Part shown: positions 38,100 through 50,603 of the stretch, piece by piece | How the letters are laid out: each line of letters begins with the position of its first letter | How positions within the stretch are numbered: position 1 is the stretch's first letter | Source of the DNA: Malacoraja senta | Lineage: Eukaryota | Direction of reading: 5' to 3' | Length of the DNA: 64,000 nt | Assembly (NCBI GenBank): GCA_038087875.1 | Contig: CM075981.1 | Span: forward strand, 868,001 to 932,000 | Program-made: the position numbers and the translations under genes | Notes under the pieces: model-generated | Told to the model about the DNA's origin: nothing | What the model saw: only the letters and a program-made list of their open reading frames with translations | Database searches by the model: none

Positions 38100-38945
38100 C
38101 CTGGAATAACTGCTTAGGTCCTTAGATACAGTTAAAGGGGTAGGTAAAGCAACAAGTGTAGCATTTCCTGCGGTTGCAAGGGAAAGTACCAGCGGAGGGG
38201 GTGGTTTGGGTGCGAAGGGACGAATTGACCAGGGAGTTACGGAGGGAGCGGTCTCTGCGGAAAGCCGAAAGGAGGAGATGGGAAGATGTGGCCACTGGTC
38301 GGATCCCGTGGGAGGTGGAGAAAATGTCAGAGGACTATCCGTTGAACAACAGATAATCAACAGATTATCAACAGATGATCAACTAAGCAGTCTTTCCAGG
38401 AGAGGCAGAAGTTCATCTGCACCTCCTCCAACCTCATCAATTGCATCTGCTGCTCTAGGTGTCAACTGCTCTACATTGATTAGACCAAGTGCAGGCTTGG
38501 TGATCGCTTCGCCCAACACAGTTCGCATTAACCAACCTTATCTCCCTGTGGCTCAGCACTTCAACTCCCCCTCCCAATCCGAATCTGACCCGTCTGTCCT
38601 GGGCCTCCTCCTTGGCCAGAGTGAATCCCACCGCAAATTGGAGGAGCAGCACCTCATATTTCGCTTGGGTAGATTACACCCCAGCGGTATGAATATTGAC
38701 ATCTCCAATTTCAGGTAGTCCTTGCTTTCTCCCTCCTTCACCTCCCCTTCCCAACTCTCCCACATTCCACTTTCTCCGCCTCTTCCTTTCTTCTTCCCGC
38801 CCCACCCCCCCCCAGTCTGAAGAAGTGTCTTGACTCGAAACATCACCTGTTCCTTCGCTCCACAGATGCTGCTTCACCCGCTGAGTTCCTCCAGGATTTT
38901 TGTCTACCTTCGATTTTTCCAGCATCTGCAGTCCTTTCTTAAACT
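38100..38945. mobile_element. Penelope-like fragments in inverted arrangement
   Basis: GIY-YIG piece on the minus strand (about 38100-38340) and on the plus strand (about 38385-38720), followed by a pLTR. Confidence 0.75.
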
Positions 38946-40631
38946 TTTCTGCTGCAGCCTTCATCCGCCTTCCCAGCATTGTGACGCTCCACTAAGGAAC
39001 TCTTGATGCTGGTTTCTACCAAAGAAAGACAAAACGGTGGAATAACTCAGCAGGTCAGGCAGTATCCCTGGAGAACATGGATAGGTGATATTTTGGGTTG
39101 AAACCCTCGGGTTCTGACCCAAAATGTCACCTGTCCATTTTCTCCAGAGATACCACCTGACCCAGCATAACTCAACCATTTTGCATCTTTCTGATATTTT
39201 CACCTTCCCTGTTGCTCCTCTGCTCCAAATCATACCTATTCTCCAGCATGTTCAGTCTCAGCAAGATCCTTTCTAACTACTGCATTCATGAGATCCACCC
39301 AGTAATAACATTGCCCCATCCCTCCAGTAGGTATCTGAGCCACTGGACTAGATCTCCCTGTGCTGGCAAGACCTGCTCTCTGGTCAGAACTTCCCCTTGC
39401 GTTTGTCAGGGTTAAATGGGCTTTGCAGACCTACCAACCCAAACCCTTTAAGTGTCCCAGCAGCATCTCAACATCTCCAGAGCTCAAATATGGGACGGAA
39501 AGAGAAATTATCAATAAATGCGATCAACAGTTAAGTGTTGGCAGCAGCAGGAACTTTTTTACATAAAGGTGGTGGGTGTATGGAACAAGCTGCCAGAGGA
39601 GGGAGTTGAGTCAGGTGCTATCGTAATATTTAAGGAACATTTAAACAGGTACATTGATAGGATAGGTTTAGAGGGATAAGGCAGGGGGGATTATATACTG
39701 AACCTTTCATTTCTTCCATTTATTATATTGCTATATATTGTTTACAAAGTACTATGTTTACATATTCTGTTGTTCTGCTGCAAGTAAGAATGTCATTGTT
39801 CTTTCTGGGGCAAATGACAATAAAACACTCTTGACTCTAGTTGGGACATGTTGGTCAGTGAGGGCAAGTTGGGCTGAATGGCCTGTTTCCACGCTGTTGG
39901 ACTATGACTGTTATTTGCTGTAAAATAAGGCCAATTACACCAAAGAAACATCAGCACACCCACAAAATCAATCAGCCTTTAACTCAAGGCAAGGGCTTCC
40001 TTCTGACAATCGCAGTGACTTACTTGAAGGCAGTAGAAGGTAGGAGAATGGGGTAGAGAGGGAGGGATAGATCAGCCGTGATTGAATGGAGCAGACCATA
40101 TGGTGGGCCCCATATGAGGAAGGATGTGCTGGTTCTGGAGAGGGTCCAGAGGAGGATTACGAGAATGGTCCTAGGAATCAGTGGGTTAACATATATGTGG
40201 AGAAGATGTTTCCACTAGTGGGATAATCTAGGGCCAGAGGTCATCGCCTCAGAATTAAAGAGCGTTGCTTCAGGAAGAAAATGAGGAGGAATTTCTAAAG
40301 CAAGAGGGTAGTAAATCTGAGGAATTTATTGCCACAGAAGTTGTGGAGGCAATAAAGAAGTCAATGGATATTTTAAGGCAGAGATAGTAAGGGTGTCAGG
40401 GGTTATGGGGAGAAGGCAGGAGAATAGGGTTAGGAGGGAGAGATAGATCGGCCATGATTGAATGGTGGAGTAGTCTTGATGGGCCGAATGGCCTAATTAT
40501 GCTCCTATCACGTATGAACATGAACTGACGAAGTCGATGTGCCAAACGGTCTAATTCTGCTCCTATGACTTATGAACAAGATTGCAAGTGAAAAGCAGAT
40601 GATGCTGAATTGTATTTCCTTGTCTCAACAG

Positions 40632-40734
40632 AACCTAAAACGACTGAACCAATGACGACTACACCGTTTGCAAGTACAGAAAAAAGATCCAATGATAGTC
40701 AAAATGACACCACCCGATCCACTTGCACTGAATG
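40632..40734 (+). CDS. Ser/Thr-rich stalk exon A
   Basis: TTTCCTTGTCTCAACAG|AA...GAA TG|GTACAA, 103 bp, phase 1-2; EPKTTEPMTTTPFASTEKRSNDSQNDTTRSTCTE. Confidence 0.75.
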
Positions 40735-40954
40735 GTACAATTATGTTATTACTGTTGTTGTGATTGGCTCTGCATCCTTATGAGAAATAATTGGAAGAGA
40801 ATGTCCTCTTTCATTTGCTAGTGTTAAGTGCATCAGAGTATTGACTTCAATCGATTCAAATGTTGAGATCGGAGTGTGCAGTAGAATTGAAAGGAATGAT
40901 CTAAGATCCAGCATACACTCAATGGGCCAAATGGACTCTAGCTATTTTTTTTGG

Positions 40955-41345
40955 TTTTTAGTTTTAGAGAAACAGCACGGAAACAGGCCCTTCCACCCTA
41001 CGAGTCCATGACAGCCATAGATCACTGAAGAAGTGTATCAACACGAAAAACGTAATCTATTCCTTCTCTCCAGAGGTGCTATCTGACCTGCTGAGTTACT
41101 CCAGCTTTTTGCGTCTATCTTCGATCCCCCCGTTAACACTAGTTCTATGTTGTACTACTTTATTGTTCGCTCCCTACACATGAAGGGAAATTTTGCAGAT
41201 GCCAATTAACCTCCAAACCCGCATGTCTTTAGGATGTGAGAGTGAACCAGAGCACCGGCAGGAGACACACGCGGTCATAGGGAGAATGTACAAATCCACA
41301 CAGATAACATCCTGAGGTCAGGATCGAACCCAGGTCTCTGGCGCC
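40955..41345 (-). mobile_element. HE1-type V-SINE interrupted by a PLE pLTR
   Basis: SINE tail and core flank a pLTR at about 41025-41120. Confidence 0.7.
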
Positions 41346-41957
41346 TTAAGAGTGAATGAGAAAGTTATTGTGGACTCATCCCTTGATTTTGTACACCTCC
41401 ATAAGATCACCCCTCGTCCCCTTGCACTCCAAGGAATAATGACCTAGCTTGCTCAACCTTTCCCTATAGCTCAGGCCCTCGAGTCCTGGCAACATCCTCG
41501 TAAATCTTCTCTGCACCCTTTCCAGCTTGACAAAATCTTTCCTATAACATGAAGACCAGAAATGCACACAATACCCTCAATGTGATGAAGTTCCAGGATT
41601 ATGCAGAATTACATCTGGGCACATAGGATTTAAGGCACAGAAAAGATCAACTGAGCTGGTCCATGCTGGTGTTTACATACCACTCGTCACCTCCCATCTT
41701 TTCTTATCTAACTTTATCAACGCTAGACACAAAATGCTGGAGTAACTCAGCGAGTCAGGCAGCATCTCTGAAGAACATGGATAGGTGAGGTTTTGGGTCG
41801 AGATCCTGGACAGTGGAATTTCCCAGCTGAACTCCCGGGGCTCAGTTGCTGTACCCTGCTCCATGCAGAGATTTCACAGCAATCAGGATATGAATGTTTC
41901 CAACACGAACTAGTCTGTTTCCTCCCACTGATTCTGTATCTTTCCCCCTTTGCTCAG

Positions 41958-42047
41958 TTACATTATATGGAAGGTGGGACGATGGCTGTACTTCGCTCTG
42001 CTTGGGATCTGCAGTATCTCAGCCTCTTATTCACAAGTATAAGGAAG
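41958..42047 (+). CDS. Transmembrane exon A with basic residues; in-frame TAA at 42040-42042
   Basis: CCCCCTTTGCTCAG|T...AG|GTATGT, 90 bp, phase 2-2 and matching stalk A; (C)YIIWKVGRWLYFALLGICSISASYSQV*. Confidence 0.7.
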
Positions 42048-42464
42048 GTATGTTTTGCGGAGATCATCAGCATCGCTGAATGCTTCCAAATGATGTCCAT
42101 TAATACTTTCAAACATGCTGATAAAATAAAACAAACGAAATGTGTTTAGAAAAATTATTTCACAAATGCGAGCCAAACCAATGCTCTACGAAGAAGATAT
42201 CAATAGGTCTTGACAAGATGTTTGTGTGCAGAATGAACTGCAGTGCTTGATGTAGATGTTGTGGAGTAATTGAATCAGAGAAATACAGCATGGAAACAGG
42301 CCCTTTGGCCCACTGCGACCATGCAGGCCATCTTTTCTGACCCCAATTCCCTCCCCTCTACTTTCAGTTTGAAGAAGGGTCCCGACCTGAAATGTCACCC
42401 ATCCTTTTTCTCCAGAGATCTTGCCTGACTCGCTGGGTTACTCCAGCACTTTGTATCTATCAGG

Positions 42465-42730
42465 CCATTGATCACCCATACACATTAGTTCTATGTTATC
42501 CCATCCTCTCATCCCAAATCCCAACACACTCGGGGAAATTCACACTGGCCAATTAACCTGTCAACCCACAAGTCTTTGGGAGGTGGGAGGAAACCGGAGC
42601 TCGAGGAGGAAACCCACATGGCCTCAGCGAGAACATGCAAACTCCACACAGATAGCACCAAAGTCTAAATCCAAGCAAATTCTTGGACACTGTGAGGCAG
42701 CAGCTCTATCAGCTGCATCACTGTGCCAAT
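42465..42730 (-). mobile_element. HE1-type V-SINE
   Basis: Core present. Confidence 0.75.
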
Positions 42731-42821
42731 TGGAAGCAGAATTCTGTTGTGAGTGGCCTTGTGAAATGAAGCACAATTCCCGGAGTTAATGAATCTGATG
42801 AATTCAACATTTTTTTTGCAG

Positions 42822-42891
42822 GGACCCAATGAACCGAAACCTCACAGCTTGCCGTAGAAGGCAGAATGAAGATCCACTGGTGATAGTCTGA
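42822..42891 (+). CDS. Probable short cytoplasmic/terminal exon A (non-coding if the upstream TAA is used)
   Basis: TTTTTTTTGCAG| acceptor; the phase-2 frame reads (R)DPMNRNLTACRRRQNEDPLVIV*; AATAAA at 43222-43227. Confidence 0.5.
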
Positions 42892-43517
42892 GAAACAACT
42901 CTACAACAAGACCAAATGATCATTTTTATTTTGAATGAATGAATGAATGAATACTTTATTGTCATATGTGACAAGTCACAGAGAAATTCTTTGCTTGCTA
43001 ACCCAAGGTATGCAAATAGTCGGCCATAAAGGGCATTGACAAAGTGTTTTTCATTTTGCTTTCATAATAGACGGCACAGAATTAATGTTTCTTCTGCTAA
43101 AATTATTAACTTAGTTCACTCAATATTCACTCAGTAAAGGTGACATCAAAACAATGTTGCTGGCCTTCATAGCAATGACTTATTATTTTGTGTTGTGTAG
43201 CATGACATTGCAGTCATGAGGAATAAATTGTATTAAATCCTGGAAATGCCTCATGGTTTTAACTGTGAAGAATATTTAGAAGAGGGAAACTATAAGTTAT
43301 GACATCCCATCAGATCAATTGTTCTGGAAGTACTTTTTCTCATGAGAACATCATTGTAATATACTTTGCTGAGCAGTTTTCGAGTCAAGTCTGGCTTATT
43401 CTTATATGCACGTATGGTGAGGTGCAGGTAAAATGAAAATCACGCTTGTGGAAACATCACAGGCACATACACATAGACACACAAAAATATAAATGATACA
43501 TAGAGTGTACGTGTGTA

Positions 43518-43828
43518 CAGCGGTGGAGTTGCTGCCTTCATTTCAGCGCCAGAGACGCGGGTTCAATCCTGACTACGGGTGCTGTCTGTACAGAGTCTTT
43601 ATGTTCTCCCCATGACCAAGTGGGTTTTCTCTGAGATCTTTGGTTTCTTCCCACACTCCAAAGACGTGCAGGTTTGTAGGTTAATTGGCTTCGGTAAAAT
43701 TGTAAATTGACCCTAGTGTGTGCAGGATAGTGCTGGTGAGTGGAGGGGATCACTGGTTAGCGTGAACTAGGTGGGCCAAAGGTCCTGTTTCCATGCTGTA
43801 TCTCGAAACTAAACTAAACTCAACTAAG
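43518..43828 (+). mobile_element. HE1-type V-SINE
   Basis: Head, core and (CTAAA)n tail. Confidence 0.85.
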
Positions 43829-43978
43829 ACGTCCAATTCCACTGAATAAAAGTCACCATATCTCTCAAACTAATTGCCACTTTACTCAAAGCAATGGGTT
43901 CCATCTGACAATCTTGTTCTCTTTATTCACTGCATGTGAAAACAGTTGAGACTTAATTTTATTTCCTTGCCTCAACAG

Positions 43979-44218
43979 AACTTGAATGAACATGAGGGAA
44001 TGATGAATGAATGAATGAATGAATAGGTTTATGAATGAATAGGTTTATTGACCATGTATTCACAAACTTGCCTTGGTGCTCCGCCCGCAAGTGCAATGTG
44101 ACATACATTGACATTAGGAATGACACCTAAAACATTAAACATTAAGTTAATGATTAACAATAACATATATTTTTATAACAGAACCAATGACAACCACATT
44201 ATCTCCAATTACAAGATT
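43979..44218 (+). pseudogene. Original 5' part of stalk exon B, disrupted by an approximately 190-bp antisense retroelement tail and then by L1
   Basis: TTTCCTTGCCTCAACAG|AACTTGAA is paralogous to the stalk A acceptor; AACAGAACCAATGACAACC resumes at about 44177. Confidence 0.6.
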
Positions 44219-44637
44219 TTTTTTTTTTTATTTTATTTTTTTTATTTTTATTTATTAGAAGTACATTACATTACAACCACATACATTAATACTCGTCATT
44301 TATATCTTCTTACAATTAATGTACTCCCTTTATTTATTTTTTTACACTAGAAAAGGAAAAGATTGAAAGAAAGAAGAAAGTGAAGGAAAAAGTGCAAGTG
44401 TAGAAAAGTGTAGAAAATGTAACAACAAAAGAGGACGAAGACCCTATAAGAGCAAAAATAAAAACAAAAACAAAAAGAGTTAAGAAATAGGCCCTAAGAA
44501 AAGAAAAGAGAAAGAGAAAAAAAGAGAAACAAATGTTTTTTTTTTGAGCATCACGTAAATAGGACATACCAACTCTTCAACTATCATCCCCCCTTACCTG
44601 ACCTCAATTTTTTATTTTTTTAAAGTACTTTTGCACC

Positions 44638-47600
44638 CTATGTTTGTAATAATTCTATAAATGCAGACCACGTCAGGTGGAAGTGATCTGGTTTACCTGC
44701 TAGGAGGAGTCTTATCTCTTCTAGGTGTAATGTTTCAAACATATTTGAAATCCACATATTTATAGTTGGTATTGGAGCCTTCTTCCAAAATTTTAGAATT
44801 AGCTTTTTTCCAGTTATTAACCCATAGTTCATTAATTTCTTTTGAAACACATTTAGTTCTGGATCATCTTCCGTTATTCCGAAGATAATCCATTCTGCTT
44901 TGGATATCAGTCTTGTTTTAAATAACTTTGTAAAGATTTCAAAAATTTCATTCCAAAATTTTTGAATTTTTGTACAGAAGACAAATGAGTGCGCTATATA
45001 TAGTTGCTTCTTGGGATTGACATTTATCACAAATAGATGATACGTTTGGGAAAATTTTATGAATTTTAGTTTTCGAATAATATAATCTATGTAAAATTTT
45101 AAATTGTATTAAAGTGTGTCTTACATTAATCGAGCATTTATGCACGTTTAATACGTATTCATTCCAACTTTCCTTTGAAATTTTAATAGCTAACTCTTGT
45201 TCCCAGTCTCTTCTGATACCCTCCGTAGGTGGTATTTGTACATTTAAAATAATATTATACAAATATGATATTAAGTTTGCTGATTCCGCTTTTATCTGCA
45301 TTGCCTCGTCCAATACATCTATTGGATTATTATAATGATCTTTTGTATATTTTTTCAAATAGTCGCATATTTGAAAATATTTAAAATATTGATTATTTCC
45401 GAGTTTATATTTTATTTGTAATTGTTGAAATGAAAGTAATTTTCCAGTTTCATACAAGTCACCAAGCATTTTAATTCCTAGTCTATCCCATTGTGTATAA
45501 GCTTTATCTATAATAGAAGGACTAAACAAAGGGTTATTGACTATAGGTAATAAAAGTGATAAGTTTCTTAATTTTAAATTTTGTTTTATTTGTTTCCAAA
45601 TACGGATTGTACTATGAATAATTGGGTTCTTATTATAATTTATGTTATTCAGTTTCATTGGAGAGAGGAGGATCGCTCCAATGTTTCTAGAGGAGCAATC
45701 CTCTTTCTCCATTACAATCCAGTCTACTTGCTGGGCGGAGTTATCCATCAGTTGAATCATGTTTTTAATATTTACTGACCAATAATAATACATAAAATTA
45801 GGTAGTGCTAGACCCCCCAATACTTTAGGTTTATTCAGATGGGTTTTTTGTATTCTATGTGATTTATAGTCCCATATAAAATTAGTGATATCTGAGTCGA
45901 GTTTTTTAAAAAACTTCTTAGGTAAGTATATAGGAATTGATTGAAATAGGTATAAAATTTGTGGTAAAAAGATCATTTTTATTGCGTTTATTCGGCCTAT
46001 TAAAGACATCGGGAGCGTTTTCCAGAATTTAATTAATGTATTTAGTTTAATAAGTAGGGGGTCAAAATTTGCCCTGAACATACCTTGATATGTTCTGGTA
46101 ATTTCGATTCCCAAATATTTAAATTTTTCTGTAGCTATTTTAAAAGGGAATTTTAAAAGATGTGTTGAATCTTTCGGTTTTATTGACATAATTTCACTTT
46201 TATTCCAATTTATTCTATATCCAGAAAAAGATCCGAAGTCTTCAATTAAATTTAATATATTTGGTATAGTGATTTGAGGTTTTGTAATATACAATAATAT
46301 ATCATCCGCGTATAAAGATATTTTATTATATGAGTCTTTAGTATTATATCCATGAATATCAGGGTGTATTCTAATTTTTTCTGCTAGCGGTTCAATAATG
46401 AGAGCAAACAGCTGTGGTGATAATGAGCATCCTTGTCTATTTCCCCTTGACAGTTGAAATTTCGAGGATAATATGTTATTAGTAAGTATTCTAGCTGTAG
46501 GTTTGTTATATAGTAACTTAATCCATAAAATAAAATTCTCTCCCAGTTGAAATTTTTGTAATACTTTATCCATATAATTCCATTCTACTTGATCAAATGC
46601 TTTTTCAGCATCCAGCGAAATAATTGATAATTCTTGATCTTCAGATTTGTGTGAGTGCATTATGTTGAGTAGACGTCTCATATTATTAGAAGAGTATCTC
46701 TTAGGGATAAACCCTGTCTGATCTGGGTTTATTAATTTACTAATGTATTTACTTAATCTTCTAGCTAATGTTTTCGCTAATATTTTTTGATCTGTGTTTA
46801 ACAATGATATAGCTCTATATGAGCCAGGTTCTTCTAAATCTTTATTTTTCTTAGGTATTAATGTAATCGTTGATTCCGCTAATGTATCAGGTAGTATTCG
46901 TTTTTTAAAAGCGTATTGGTACATTTTTTGTAATCTTGGTATTATTTTATCATAAAAGCTTTTATAAAATTCATTAGTAAATCCCTCAGGGCCTGGTGTT
47001 TTTCCATTCTTTAATGAGTTTATTGTATCTTCTAATTCCTTAATTGAGATTTGTGCACCCAGTTCCTCTTGTTCCTTCAGCTCTAACTTTGGAAGATTAC
47101 AGGTATCCAAGAACTTTGTGATATTATTGGAATCAGTTATCGTTTTAGATGTATACAAATTCTCGTAAAATTGCGCAAATCTTTTATTAATATCCTTCGG
47201 TGTTGTTAATAATTCCCCTTTATCTGATTTGATCTTTGGTATAGTATGTTCCTTTTCTCGTTTTTTTAGCTGGCGAGCCAAAAGTTTATGCGGTTTATCC
47301 CCAAATTCAAAGTGCTCTTGTTTTGTAATTTGAAAAAGTCTTATAAGTTTGGCAGATAATAATTTATTTAATTTAAATTTTAAAATTATTATTTTATTAT
47401 GTTTATCTATTGATGGATCTTTAGCATTATCTATATCCATTTGTCTAATAAGTTCTTCTAACTGTCTTTGTTCATTCTTATTCTTTTTATTTTGAAAAGC
47501 TTGATATGAAATTATAATACCCCTAATGTATGCTTTAAAAGATTCCCAAAGTAAAGTAGGCGATATATCTGAAGTATCATTTGTTTGAAAAAAGACCTCC

Positions 47601-48433
47601 ATTTGTTCTTTTAAATATATACTCGCTTGTGGATCTTTTAAAATTTGAGAGTTAAATCTCCAGAATGATTTATTCTTAGACAATCCTTCCAGTTTTAAAA
47701 AGAAAGTTAGTGGAGAATGGTCTGAAATTGAATTTGTATGGTATATTGCATTAGATGTTTGGGGGATTAATTTTGTATCCAGCAGAAAGTAGTCTATACG
47801 TGAGTATGCCTTATGTACCATTGAGTAAAACGAATATTCCCTGCCAGTTGGATTCACAATTCTCCAAACATCTGCTATATTAGTGTTATTTATATAGGTA
47901 TTGAGGAGTTCCCCAGTTTTCGATTTCATATTCCCTCTCTGTTTTTGACTTGATTTATCTAAGTACGGATCTAAAACACAGTTAAAGTCTCCGCCTATTA
48001 TAACATTTTGATAGTTTGACTCTGCAATTATATTGAAGATTTTGTTGAAAAAGTGGGGGTTATCAAAGTTAGGGGCATATATATTTACCAAAGTAAGTGG
48101 AGTGTCATGGATTTCTCCATTAACTATTAGGTATCTCCCTTCTATATCTGTTATAATATTCTTTGCTTTAAATGGTATACCTTTTCTTATGATAATTGAC
48201 GTGCCTCTAGATTTTGAAGTAAATGAAGAATGGTATGTTTGACCTATCCATTTCGCCCTCAGCCTAACTTGATCCTGAGGTTTTAGGTGTGTTTCTTGTA
48301 GGAAGGTAATGTCAGAATTGTACAGTTTTAGCTGAGCTAATATCTTACCCCTTTTGATAGGTTCGTTAATACCTCTTATATTCCAACTACAAAATGAGAT
48401 TCCTCCTAGGTTCTTTTGTGTGGTGTCATGCAT
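44638..48433 (-). pseudogene. L1 ORF2 (APE + RT + CCHC): 1161 aa open, one frameshift in the C-terminal zinc knuckle
   Basis: SWNIRG, LQETH, GGDFN, SDH, GNRQGCSLSP, YADD and FKYLG motifs. Confidence 0.92.
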
Positions 48434-49239
48434 TTTGAATAATTATAGTACCTTTGAATCTTGTGGTGCGTCCATGTCCCAGGTCTTTAGGTATTGGGGG
48501 AGTTTTTGAATTATTACATTTTGCTGGTATGTCCATTTTACTCTTATCACTAAACACAAAACACAAACAAGTGATTTTATGTGGTAAAAAAAACCCTAAA
48601 AAAGTGAGGCTACAGTGTCTGATATAGTCGGCACTGTAGCGAGTGTCCCACCTGTAGGTGGGAAAAAACCTTGTTTTGACTTCCATTGCGTTGTTACTCA
48701 AATAGCTCCGCTCTCTTAGTTAATCATAACATATTAAAATATTAAAACGAGGCCTCACATTCAGATATATAATACAATTTTACCCTGATATTTCCTTATA
48801 ACATATATATATATCGGAGTTTAATTATTAAACCAATATTTTTGATTTCAATAAGAATCAACTGTTGGTTGAAGGGGTTAACGAGACGTGCTCCTGGACA
48901 TAAGCCAGGAGCTCGTTTCTCATCCCCTCCTCCCGCTTATAGATAAGGTTACAATTTATTAAAAATTCATATTAGTATGTTAGTTCATTATTTTTTTGTT
49001 GTTGTTAGTATTCTAATCTAACCTGCATAACTTTTTAAGTTGTTAATAGGGTAAGTTCTTACAATTGGTTATAATATTTTAATCAATAAGCAATTATTTT
49101 CTGATTTATATTCCAACTATTCAGTTGTTTACACGTTTTGAACAGAAAATGTCCTTGATTCAACATTCCAGAGATAACAGTGTAACTATCCCCAGACAAA
49201 ACATTGCTGAGAATGGTTCGGATCTGCCAAAACTCCCTT

Positions 49240-50296
49240 TCATTTCTGTTTTTCAACGATCGTTTGGGCATATTTGAATGCGTCTTCAGGCTTAACAAAT
49301 GACTTTTCAAGACCATTAAAGGAAATACGCATTTTCGCGGGATAAAAAAACCCAAATCTGACCCCTTCTCTCCCTCTTAAAAGATCTTTAACCTTATCAA
49401 ATTTGTTTCTTTTTTGCACAATTTCATACGGGTAGTCCCTGAATATCTTAATAGTGTCCTTGTCCAGCCGCAATTGTACACCATATTTGATTTTGCTCAT
49501 AACATATTCCAGTTCTGCAGTATCTCGAAATTTCACTATAATATGTCGTGGATAAGCTTTTCCCGCACCAAATCTTTTTCCAAATCTTGGGACACGATGA
49601 GCCACTTCGATTTTCGGTTCCTTGGAAAGATTCAACAGTTGTTTCAACAAGCCCATGGCAAATTCACGTACCTGTTCCCCTTCTGCCCCCTCTGAAACAC
49701 CAAGAATTCTCAAATTCTGCGTCTAGAGCGAGCTTCCAGGTCCAGGCATTTGACTGAGACTTTCTCTAATTGAGTCCCCATTTGTAGTGACGCTTGTTCA
49801 TTTGCTCATGTTCTTGCCTCAATTTCGCCATGTCTTCAACCAGTCGAGCCGTGTTTTTCTCCAATTCCGTAATTGTGTGCATACTTGCAGCTACTGTTTC
49901 AAGTACAGCCGTGAACTTATCCATAGTAATTACATCCATCTTATCCATTTTCTCTGATAGTCCATCTTTCACCTCATCAATTCGTTTATTCATAATGTCC
50001 AGTAAATCCATCATATTCTTCTGGTTACCAGCATTTAAATCCTTCATCATCTTCTCCATTCCTTCCATCATTTTTGCCGTATTTTCCTTCATTTCCTTCT
50101 TATCTTCCACCCTATTATCCGAAATCTCATCTTTCAAATTTTTCATTGATTTCTTCAAGTCATCAAAGTCTTTCTTAGATCTTGTATCCATTTCTGCAGC
50201 CACTTCAGAGACTTCAGAGGTAACTTCTGCTTCAGACTTTTTCAGCAGCTTATTCACTGCTCTCTGAGGGCTCACAGCTGGAGGCAATTTACTCAT
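49240..50296 (-). pseudogene. L1 ORF1 (coiled coil + RRM/CTD) with frameshifts
   Basis: ORFs 49766-50296 and 49240-49713; the linker ...LDLEARSRR(QNL)RILG is split across frames. Confidence 0.85.
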
Positions 50297-50531
50297 TTAA
50301 AGGGCTTCAAACCACCGTTTAAAACATTGCGTTTAACGATGACGTCATCAGCGCGGTAACCAGAAGCTCCGGTAAGGTTTTTAAAAACAATCCCGATTTC
50401 TGGACCCGTTTTACACGATAAATCGTGAAGTTTTTCGGGAGCGGAGCTAGGTGCACGTCTGTTAGTCCAACATGACGCCACCGGAAGTCTCCAACATTAA
50501 ACATTAACAATAACACATATTTTTATAACAG

Positions 50532-50603
50532 AACCAATGACAACCACACTATCTCCAATTACAAGATTGATATCAACAGTACTCAAAACAAATATAGTGC
50601 AAG
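50532..50603 (+). CDS. Candidate rescued stalk exon B
   Basis: ATTTTTATAACAG|AA...CAA G|GTATAT, 72 bp, phase 1-1; EPMTTTLSPITRLISTVLKTNIVQ; paralogous to stalk A. Confidence 0.5.

Larger units (their letters stand above)
44219..50492 (-). mobile_element. Full-length L1 copy 3
   Basis: 5' end GGAGACTTCCGGTGGCGTCATG; ORF1; about 0.8-kb spacer; ORF2; 3' UTR; poly(A); flanking direct repeat. Confidence 0.95.

Noticed and set aside
49794-50267. 157-aa antisense ORF
   Set aside because: Mirror of the L1 ORF1 coiled coil, whose codon bias keeps the opposite strand open.
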